Below, piece after piece: positions 18,304-24,790 of a stretch of DNA of 40,310 nt. Both the position numbers and the translations under genes were made by a program. Where the stretch lies: assembly GCA_045401155.1 (NCBI GenBank), contig CP174360.1, positions 376,769-417,078 on the forward strand, written 5' to 3'. This DNA comes from Candidatus Minusculum obligatum (GTDB lineage: Bacteria > Patescibacteriota > Minisyncoccia > Phycocordibacterales > Phycocordibacteraceae). The notes beneath the pieces are model-generated. The model was not told the DNA's origin. It did no database searches and worked only from the letters and a program-made list of their open reading frames with translations. Numbering within the stretch: position 1 is the first letter of the stretch; the number at the start of each line of letters is the position of its first letter.

Positions 18304-19011
18304 ATGAAGATTGGTGTATTTGATTCTGGAATGGGAGGATTTTTGATCCTTGATGCACTTACAAAAGTGCTGCCAGAGTATGATTACGTATTCTATGGAG
18401 ATACAAAAAATCTCCCATATGGAGAAAAGTCTGAAGAAGAAGTACTGGCTCTTTCTAGAAAAGCCTTCAAGTGGCTTTTTGATCGTGATGTGGCACTTGT
18501 TATCGTTGCGTGTAATTCAGTATCTTCAAGCGCCTTAGAATCGCTCACAGAGGATCTTAAAGGCTCAGATAAGAATACTTTTGGTGTAATACTACCTACT
18601 GTAGAAGAAGTTAAAGCTTCTGGACTTAAGGACGTGCTTCTTATTGCTACAACACATACCATTAACTCTAAGAAGTATGACAAAGAGCTTGTTGACTCCT
18701 CTGTTGCACTTACATCGATCCCAACTCCATCTCTAGCATCTCTTATAGAGGGTGGAAAGTATGAAGAAGCTGTAGAGGTTGCCTCAGAAGCGATTTCTAA
18801 AGGGGAGTCAGAAGGGGTTATTTTAGGATGTACGCATTATTCAAAAATAAAAGATGATCTACGTGCACGGTTTCCAGACAAGAAATTTTTCTCACAAGAT
18901 GAAATTATTCCAAATACATTAATTAATTATTTAAATAATAATTCTGAAATTTCAGAAAAACTATCAAGGGGAGGAGGGGTGCAGTGTTATCGAACAGGAA
19001 AGCTATTCTAA
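18304..19011 (+). CDS. murI: glutamate racemase
   Basis: IGVFDSGMGG, the YFGDT-like YGDTKNLPYG, and the catalytic Cys motifs VACNSVSS and GCTHY. Confidence 0.9.
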   Translation: MKIGVFDSGMGGFLILDALTKVLPEYDYVFYGDTKNLPYGEKSEEEVLALSRKAFKWLFDRDVALVIVACNSVSSSALESLTEDLKGSDKNTFGVILPTVEEVKASGLKDVLLIATTHTINSKKYDKELVDSSVALTSIPTPSLASLIEGGKYEEAVEVASEAISKGESEGVILGCTHYSKIKDDLRARFPDKKFFSQDEIIPNTLINYLNNNSEISEKLSRGGGVQCYRTGKLF

Positions 19012-19072
19012 TCCTTTTATTGTTGTTTGGTGGCTTTAATACTATGCGTGTCGCACAATATATCTTTTGCGA

Positions 19073-19252
19073 CTAAGCAGCTTTAACACGCCTTCTTATA
19101 TAAGAATCTGCTTCAGCTTTTGTTGAAGTTGTTTTTGTTGAAGTTCTTTCAAACTTAAAAGTTGCTGAACCAGCATTTACAACAACTGACGCAGCTGGTA
19201 TCCATCTTCCGGTACTTGAATCTTTATATGATTTTGTATTTATTTTTTTCAT
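19073..19252 (-). CDS. hypothetical 59-aa basic Ser/Thr-rich protein, third gene of the lexA operon
   Basis: ATG 19252 lies 4 nt after the stop of the upstream ORF, with AAGGT 8 nt upstream. Sequence is MKKINTKSYKDSSTGRWI...TKAEADSYIRRRVKAA. The TKAEA-type C-terminus is reminiscent of DUF2188-like small proteins (weak, from memory). Confidence 0.5.
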   Translation of the reverse strand: MKKINTKSYKDSSTGRWIPAASVVVNAGSATFKFERTSTKTTSTKAEADSYIRRRVKAA

Positions 19253-19256
19253 ATTT

Positions 19257-19979
19257 TTACCTTGGCTCAATTGTAACACTTCTATTGTTTAAAATTGATT
19301 CTGCCTTGATGTCCACGCAAAGAATTAATTGTGTTACCAAATGATAGTATCTTGAAACTTCTTTTTTAGGTATTGTGTTTTTAAACGATACGCTGTGAAC
19401 AGCAGAATGTCTAAGGCTTAAAAGATTTTTGAGATGCTTGTAAAAAATATTTTGTATGATGACGCAAGTTTTAACATTATCTTGGCCATCTTTGTAAACA
19501 AAACAAAACTTGTTATTTTTCAATTCTTCCAAAAGGTTTTCATTAAAAATTGCTTTTAAGACAGCAAAAGCTTCATCTAGGTTTTGAAAATTAATTACCT
19601 CACGTAATAGTTCACTTTTAGTAATTTTTTTATCTATTATATCCAAAACTCTAGGTAGTGAGTATTTGGCAGTTTTCCCGCTAAATTTAACTTCTTGAAG
19701 TCTTTGTATTATTTCTCCAGAGTCCGTGTTCTCGCTCTCAAGTAGTTCACAAACAATATCAGCAAAATAAACTTCAAGAGAAGTTATGAGCGACACTATA
19801 AATTGCTTACGACCTTCTGCAATAGTGTCGCGCTTACCTTTCCCTTTATATTTTTCAACTTGTCTGTGGACGTTCCAAATCGCATCAGATTTTCTGTGAA
19901 AAGAAGAAAAGGGTCGTGCAGACCTGCTTTGTCTTGCAAGCCTTTCTTCAATTATTCTTTCTATTGCCCATTCCTGCAC
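19257..19979 (-). CDS. HEPN-like predicted RNase (R-x4-H motif), second gene of the lexA operon
   Basis: GTG 19979 lies 3 nt after the lexA stop. The 240-aa sequence looks mostly helical. It has LSLR190-HSAV-H195S near the C-terminus (codons 19395-19412) and an upstream SLEVYFADIV helix, as in RiboL-PSP/Abi-type HEPN families. The gene is AT-rich. Confidence 0.5.
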   Translation of the reverse strand: MQEWAIERIIEERLARQSRSARPFSSFHRKSDAIWNVHRQVEKYKGKGKRDTIAEGRKQFIVSLITSLEVYFADIVCELLESENTDSGEIIQRLQEVKFSGKTAKYSLPRVLDIIDKKITKSELLREVINFQNLDEAFAVLKAIFNENLLEELKNNKFCFVYKDGQDNVKTCVIIQNIFYKHLKNLLSLRHSAVHSVSFKNTIPKKEVSRYYHLVTQLILCVDIKAESILNNRSVTIEPR

Positions 19980-19982
19980 AAT

Positions 19983-20633
19983 TTACTTCTTCTTAATAAT
20001 ATCAATCACCTTCCCGCTAATCTGGAAGTCATCCTCAGGATGAATCATGATAGGTGTATATGACTCTGTAGAATCAGCCTCTAGAAGGATACGCTCCTCT
20101 TCCCTGTCGAGCTTGTATCTTTTGATAGTTGCCATACCATCAATTACGGCAACAATAATGTCTCCATCTTTAGGAACAATCTGAGATTTGTCCACGATCA
20201 CAAAGTCACCATCCTCAATGGTTAGATTTCCACGTACTTTTGCCTTATTCATTGAAGATCCACTTGCTACAAGCGCATATAGGTCCTGACGACGCTTTGG
20301 AAGCAATGTGGAAGATACTTTTAGGTACCCTTCAGTACGCTCTTCAGCAAAGATGGTCTGTGGTCCACAGTTAGCGGCTCCCACGATAGGAATTGAGTAG
20401 AATACGCTCTTAACGCCTTCAGCAAATCCTCGCTTCACAGGCTTAATCACTCCTTTAGCTAGATCTAGTTGAATAAGACCCGCTTTTTCTAGTTGTCCCA
20501 AGTGGTACTTAACAACCTGAGGTTTTCCTTCCTGGCCAATAAATTTAGCAATCTGTCGGAGACTATGTACTCCAAGATCTGCTTTCTTACGACTTTTAAT
20601 AAGGGTTAATAGCTGTGCTTGTGTTTCGTGCAT
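19983..20633 (-). CDS. lexA: LexA repressor (wHTH + S24 peptidase)
   Basis: N-terminal LexA-type wHTH (LRQIAKFIG...VKYHLGQLEKAGLIQLD). S24 domain with the Ser nucleophile in GSSM (S127) and the Lys in TIKRY (K171). Linker is VGAANCGP. Confidence 0.85.
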   Translation of the reverse strand: MHETQAQLLTLIKSRKKADLGVHSLRQIAKFIGQEGKPQVVKYHLGQLEKAGLIQLDLAKGVIKPVKRGFAEGVKSVFYSIPIVGAANCGPQTIFAEERTEGYLKVSSTLLPKRRQDLYALVASGSSMNKAKVRGNLTIEDGDFVIVDKSQIVPKDGDIIVAVIDGMATIKRYKLDREEERILLEADSTESYTPIMIHPEDDFQISGKVIDIIKKK

Positions 20634-20641
20634 ATACGTAA

Positions 20642-20669
20642 AGTATATACGGGGTGTAAAGAGTGTAAA
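20642..20669 (-). promoter_or_regulatory. lexA promoter (TTTACA - 16 nt - TATACT) with embedded repeats
   Basis: -10 at 20642-20647 lies 8 nt from ATG 20633; -35 at 20664-20669. Three tandem 9-mers GTGTAAAGA/GTGTAAATA/GTGTATATG span 20654-20680. An ATATAC-N5-GTATAT inverted repeat lies at 20632-20648. Confidence 0.5.
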
Positions 20670-20690
20670 TAGTGTATATGGGGATAGTAA

Positions 20691-21173
20691 TTATGCGTCC
20701 CACATATCAAATATTTCTCCATCTATAGCGTATTCAATAGAATTAATGCTTTCAAATTGCAGCATTGTTTTTTCAATAGATTCTTTAATTAAAAGTTGTT
20801 CAAATGCAGGAGCATTTAGATATGTAAGTGCTGGCTTTCTAAAATAGAGCACTGCTCTCCCCTCCTCTATTTCTAGCTTTTCATATGTCTCTATAAGAGA
20901 TAGTTCATTTTCATGAATAAATGGAGAAAAGTATCCAACCTCCTGAGACTTTGGTCCCTCTAGAAGAAGTGTGAGTGTCTTTTCTTCTACATGCTCAGTG
21001 TCTTTTGGTAAAGATCGCAATACAGGAGCTTGTATAGGCTCCAGATTCTCATTCTCTAATGGGAAGTAGAGTGCTACGCGGATATCATCCGCTTGCTTTT
21101 GATGATAGATAAAATAGTTAAACCCAAAGAACAACACAACACCTGCAATAAGTACGTATAGTGTTTTCATCAT
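20691..21173 (-). CDS. GerMN domain-containing membrane-anchored protein
   Basis: N-terminal TM helix and a GerMN-like body (VLRSLPKD...LLLEGPKSQE...AVLYF...SIEYAIDGE). Start set to ATG 21173 by analogy with the lexA promoter geometry. Confidence 0.6.
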   Translation of the reverse strand: MMKTLYVLIAGVVLFFGFNYFIYHQKQADDIRVALYFPLENENLEPIQAPVLRSLPKDTEHVEEKTLTLLLEGPKSQEVGYFSPFIHENELSLIETYEKLEIEEGRAVLYFRKPALTYLNAPAFEQLLIKESIEKTMLQFESINSIEYAIDGEIFDMWDA

Positions 21174-21190
21174 ATACATAAAGTATACAT

Positions 21191-21222
21191 CAAAATAAAA
21201 GAGCGCCTTTGATATAGCGCTC
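21191..21222 (-). terminator. intrinsic terminator (minus strand)
   Basis: Stem gagcgc (21201-21206) / gcgctc (21217-21222). On the minus strand it is followed by TTTTATTTTG (21200-21191). Confidence 0.7.
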
Positions 21223-21287
21223 CCACAATTTATTTGTTCATTTTTATAGTTGAATCTCTTTATGCAACTTACCTTACCAAGAGGCCC

Positions 21288-21473
21288 TTAGGCCTTCTTG
21301 CTTGTCTTATTTCGGTTTTTGCCGAAAAGGTAATCGAGGTCTTCGTCTGTGACGAGACCGAAGTGTTGGTCAGCAGGACCGCACAACTCTTCCATGAGCT
21401 TCTCAAGCCACCCGCCGTCTTTGAAGGCGGGTGTCGTGGAAGAAACCCTGCCTTTTTTACCTCTGGTTTTCAT
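21288..21473 (-). CDS. hypothetical 61-aa protein (GC-rich islet)
   Basis: ATG 21473 with GAGGAG (21484-21489) 10 nt upstream; a terminator lies at 21191-21222. Sequence is MKTRGKKGRVSS...DLDYLFGKNRNKTSKKA. No family recognised. Confidence 0.4.
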   Translation of the reverse strand: MKTRGKKGRVSSTTPAFKDGGWLEKLMEELCGPADQHFGLVTDEDLDYLFGKNRNKTSKKA

Positions 21474-21540
21474 TAGAGATCATCTCCTCTTCATCTAAAA
21501 GAACAGATGCAAGAGTACAATATATATTTATGTTGTCAAT

Positions 21541-21570
21541 AAAAAGAGGAGGATCACGTAGATCCTCCTC
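21541..21570 (-). terminator. intrinsic terminator (minus strand)
   Basis: Perfect 10-bp stem gaggaggatc (21546-21555) / gatcctcctc (21561-21570) with a 5-nt loop. On the minus strand it is followed by TTTTT (21545-21541). Confidence 0.75.
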
Positions 21571-21596
21571 AAGGTGTCCATCTCGCCAAAGATGGG

Positions 21597-21728
21597 TTAC
21601 TTCGAACGCCGTTTCTGACGGAAGCGGGGTTCCCGCCCCTTCGTATATCCCGTATCCCGCGGCTGTGCCATGTCGCCCGGCTGCGGACCCTTCGTGAGAT
21701 CGACGTCAGAGTCTTTCGAAATGTTCAA
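21597..21728 (-). CDS. hypothetical 43-aa basic protein (not in the ORF track; TTG start)
   Basis: Hand translation gives (M)NISKDSDVDLTKGPQPGDMAQPRDTGYTKGREPRFRQKRRSK, ending at stop TAA (21597-21599). GGAGG (21734-21738) lies 5 nt upstream of TTG 21728. A private terminator lies at 21541-21570. Hand count gives about 62% G+C in 21601-21660. Confidence 0.3.
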   Translation of the reverse strand: MNISKDSDVDLTKGPQPGDMAQPRDTGYTKGREPRFRQKRRSK

Positions 21729-21793
21729 TGCAACCTCCCCTTATTTGGTGCAGAGGCACTTTATAATACAAAACCAAATACCACGCAAGTGGA

Positions 21794-22363
21794 TTAAAAG
21801 GCTGATTCTCCTTCAAAATCAGGCTCAACAATTGCCCATTGCCGTGATTCAGGAACAAGCTTTAAGTATACGCTCTTCCCTTCTGAAGGCTGCTCGCTCA
21901 TAGATTGTCCTTCTGCTCTATCTGCATAATTAAATACCACCACGTACTTGTGTCGTAGATTTGGACTTACATTTGTAGACTGTGGAGCAATACGATCCCC
22001 AAGGAAATATGCATCATGTGTTCCTACGTATCCTTTCTCCGTACTTAGTGCCGCAACAGCATAGAAGAAAGTTCCAGACCCTCCTGTTTCTTGCGTCAAA
22101 ATAAATGCCACGTCTTCATCTCCATCTCCGTCTAGATCTGTAAACAATTCATTTCCAAAAAATCTTGTGACTACAGATGCAGCAGAGTTTTTAATGGGAG
22201 TTTCAGAAACGCCATTTACGAGTGTTACTTTCTCTCCATCAATGATGTATGAGGTATTTTTATAATCAAATCCAGCTTCATCTTCTACCGTGTCATTGCG
22301 CAAAATAAAGTATCCTCCAAATACAATACCGATAAAGATGAGTGCGCTGATTGCTGTTTTCAT
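21794..22363 (-). CDS. hypothetical membrane-anchored/secreted protein
   Basis: N-terminal TM/signal segment and a DLDGDGDEDV acidic loop. No family recognised. Confidence 0.5.
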   Translation of the reverse strand: MKTAISALIFIGIVFGGYFILRNDTVEDEAGFDYKNTSYIIDGEKVTLVNGVSETPIKNSAASVVTRFFGNELFTDLDGDGDEDVAFILTQETGGSGTFFYAVAALSTEKGYVGTHDAYFLGDRIAPQSTNVSPNLRHKYVVVFNYADRAEGQSMSEQPSEGKSVYLKLVPESRQWAIVEPDFEGESAF

Positions 22364-22372
22364 ATAATGAGT

Positions 22373-22861
22373 TTATTTAATAAATGAATCAAAGAATACT
22401 GCATGGCAAGTATATCCTCCCGGGTTCTTTTGTAAGTAGTCTTGATGGTATCCCTCTGCAGGATAAAAAGCAGAGAATTCTTCAAGGCTTGTCACGACAG
22501 GATCTTTCCAAACACCTGAGTCATCTACAATTTTTATAAACTCTTCTGCTTCTTTCTTTTCTTCTTCATTTTGATAGAAAATGGCAGATCGATATGAAGT
22601 TCCAACATCATTTCCTTGTCTATTTAGTGTAGTTGGATTGTGAATTCTAAAGAATTGATCAAGAATTTCTTTATAGCTTATCTTTTCAGGATCGTAGGTG
22701 ATCTCTAGTGCTTCTGCATGTCCTGGGTGATTCTCGTATGTAGGATTTTCATTCTCTCCCCCACTGTATCCAGTTTCTGTGTCTATAACACCATCTATTT
22801 TTCTAAAGATTTCTTCCATTCCCCAGAAACATCCTCCTGCTATGTATGCTTTTTTGTTCAT
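22373..22861 (-). CDS. msrA: peptide-methionine (S)-S-oxide reductase
   Basis: GGCFWG active-site motif and a YHQ(D)YL C-terminal region. Confidence 0.9.
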   Translation of the reverse strand: MNKKAYIAGGCFWGMEEIFRKIDGVIDTETGYSGGENENPTYENHPGHAEALEITYDPEKISYKEILDQFFRIHNPTTLNRQGNDVGTSYRSAIFYQNEEEKKEAEEFIKIVDDSGVWKDPVVTSLEEFSAFYPAEGYHQDYLQKNPGGYTCHAVFFDSFIK

Positions 22862-23268
22862 ATATCAAATGGTGATTTACCTTGTTTAATTAAATTCTCA
22901 ATGGGAAGAAAGAGCGGACGAGGAATCTCTTCCCAAGAAACCCACTCCCATCCCTCACATTTATCTGGCTCACAGGTGGTTACGTCTCCACTTTCATACT
23001 CTCCAACCATAAAAAGAGTCACGTAGTGTTTCTCTTCATTAAAAATATCATTTGTCGTAGCAAGATGACGTACGTTTGTAATTTTTACACCCGTTTCTTC
23101 ATATGCTTCCCTGCACGCACATTCTTCTGGTGTTTCTCCAAGCTCAAGATGTCCCCCTGCTAAATGCCAGTCTCCATCTCCATGACTCTTATCTCCCTTT
23201 CGTTTCCCAATAAGAAACTTTCCATCTTTTACGATAAACACTCCAACGCCGATTCTAGGGTGACTCAT
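22858..23268 (-). CDS. NUDIX hydrolase
   Basis: Nudix box GGHLELGETPEECACREAYEETG. Start set to MSHPRIGVG (ATG 23268), 1 nt after the upstream stop. Confidence 0.85.
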   Translation of the reverse strand: MSHPRIGVGVFIVKDGKFLIGKRKGDKSHGDGDWHLAGGHLELGETPEECACREAYEETGVKITNVRHLATTNDIFNEEKHYVTLFMVGEYESGDVTTCEPDKCEGWEWVSWEEIPRPLFLPIENLIKQGKSPFDI

Positions 23269-23269
23269 A

Positions 23270-24349
23270 TTAGTGATGATGGTGATGCCCACCCTTCTCT
23301 TTGCCTGTTAAGAAAAATACAGCCATAAAGGTAGTAAGCGGTACTGCCAGAACAATACCGATCGTACCAATTGCAGTTCTAATAATCTCTGCTGCAAATA
23401 ACTCTCTATTTAAAATTAAAGATAGCTCTGTGGTTGAGTGCGCAAATACAAGAAGGAGTGGCAAACTTGCTCCAGCATATGCAAGAGCCAATGTGTTCAC
23501 CAGAGCGCCCACATGCTCTTTTCCAATGGTCATTGAGCGCTTGAGTGCCTCTTGCTTAGAAAGTCCGCTCGCGAGCAATTCTCGCACTGCTGAGGCTTGT
23601 GTTACTGCAACATCATCTAGTACTCCGACCATTCCGATAATAATGGCGCTTAGGAAGATTCCTGAGAGATCAAGTGCTCCATCTGTAAGGGTGTTAAGAA
23701 ATACACTTGATTCAGCAGCAAAGCCTGAGATCTTTGCTGCGTATGTGGTTATAAATGCGAGTGTGGCAGCAACCACAACAGCTGCTGAGGTTCCTAAGAA
23801 TGCTGCAAACGTAGTTTTAGATATTCCATGGGTTAATCCCATCACAATTGCCAAAATACTTATCGCAATAGCGCTTCCTGCAACAACTGGTGAGTAGCCC
23901 TGCAAGATAAGCGGCACGAGTACAAAAATAATGAGTGCAACGCTTGCAATAAGAGCCGCAATTGCTCTAAAGCCAGAGAATCCTCCAAGTACGACAACCG
24001 CAACAACTGCAAGGAGAGAAATTAAAATAAGACTAGCTCGTCTATCTGGCTCACCAATTGCATATATAGATTCACCTTCAAAAGATTGAATCTTTGTTAC
24101 GAAGAATGTATCCCCCACTCTGCTTGTGAAGTAGTCATTGGTAAGCTCGAGAATTTCTCCCGCATCTTCTCCTGTAAGCACTTCAACTTTAAGATCCTGA
24201 AGTGTGGTCTCTTGTGTGAATCCTGGAAGAGTTTCTGTACGAGGCATCTCTGCCTCAAGCACCTTCACGCGAAATTGCTCGGGCTGCTGTGCAAAGAGAA
24301 GCCCCGGAAATAATAAGAGTCCAAAAAGTATGGGGATGAATTTAGTCAT
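23270..24349 (-). CDS. YibE/F family membrane protein
   Basis: Signal/TM segment, an extracytoplasmic N-domain and a polytopic C-terminal half typical of YibE/F. It ends in GGHHHHH. Start ATG 24349 overlaps the upstream stop (ATGACTAA). Confidence 0.65.
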   Translation of the reverse strand: MTKFIPILFGLLLFPGLLFAQQPEQFRVKVLEAEMPRTETLPGFTQETTLQDLKVEVLTGEDAGEILELTNDYFTSRVGDTFFVTKIQSFEGESIYAIGEPDRRASLILISLLAVVAVVVLGGFSGFRAIAALIASVALIIFVLVPLILQGYSPVVAGSAIAISILAIVMGLTHGISKTTFAAFLGTSAAVVVAATLAFITTYAAKISGFAAESSVFLNTLTDGALDLSGIFLSAIIIGMVGVLDDVAVTQASAVRELLASGLSKQEALKRSMTIGKEHVGALVNTLALAYAGASLPLLLVFAHSTTELSLILNRELFAAEIIRTAIGTIGIVLAVPLTTFMAVFFLTGKEKGGHHHHH

Positions 24350-24584
24350 CCAGATGCTTGGTGAAATGCTTTTTAATGGTCTCATCAAGTGCATTTTTAA
24401 AATCAATTGCGTGCTTTGGCGTAAGGATAACTTCTGCCATAAGTTGTCCCTGCTCGGCATTTGGGCGCACGTAGGCAAACTGTAGTGTCACAGAGTCATT
24501 ATTGACCGTAATTTGTGTTGCATTAGAGAAGTGCGGCTTTGCATCAAGTGGCACTTGAATTTGTACTTGTCGTTTATCTTCCAT
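24342..24584 (-). CDS. DUF3467-like small protein
   Basis: 80 aa, MEDKRQVQIQVPLDAKPHFSNATQITVNNDSVTLQFAYV...; pattern recalled as DUF3467. Confidence 0.5.
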   Translation of the reverse strand: MEDKRQVQIQVPLDAKPHFSNATQITVNNDSVTLQFAYVRPNAEQGQLMAEVILTPKHAIDFKNALDETIKKHFTKHLDD

Positions 24585-24585
24585 G

Positions 24586-24789
24586 CTAATTCCAGAATGC
24601 AATTGCATCGTAGAGTCCTACAAGGAAATCAACAATCCAATTCCATCCAACCAAGATTAGGTTCCATACGAATTGGATATTTGCCTGCCCTGCAGGAGAC
24701 TCAATAATGCTTTGTAGTGAGATGCCAAAGAAACTTAATATTAAAAGGATGGCAATTACTAAAATGATCAATTTGATTATATGTGACAT
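24586..24789 (-). CDS. small membrane protein (67 aa, two TM segments)
   Basis: Hydrophobic ORF packed between the M23 stop (24791) and the next start (24584). Confidence 0.5.
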   Translation of the reverse strand: MSHIIKLIILVIAILLILSFFGISLQSIIESPAGQANIQFVWNLILVGWNWIVDFLVGLYDAIAFWN

Positions 24790-24790
24790 G

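Noticed and set aside
21431-21903. Plus-strand ORFs 21431..21697 and 21670..21903 in the GC-rich islet
   Set aside because: They have no start-site signals on the plus strand, and they read through two minus-oriented terminators and into the 3' end of the 21794..22363 gene in antisense. Open frames are expected by chance in GC-rich sequence.
23273-23287. C-terminal GGHHHHH on the YibE/F protein, which looks like an engineered His-tag
   Set aside because: There are only five His codons in native context. The stop is 1 nt from the next gene's ATG in a continuous operon and there is no vector-like sequence. It is probably a natural metal-binding tail and of low interest.
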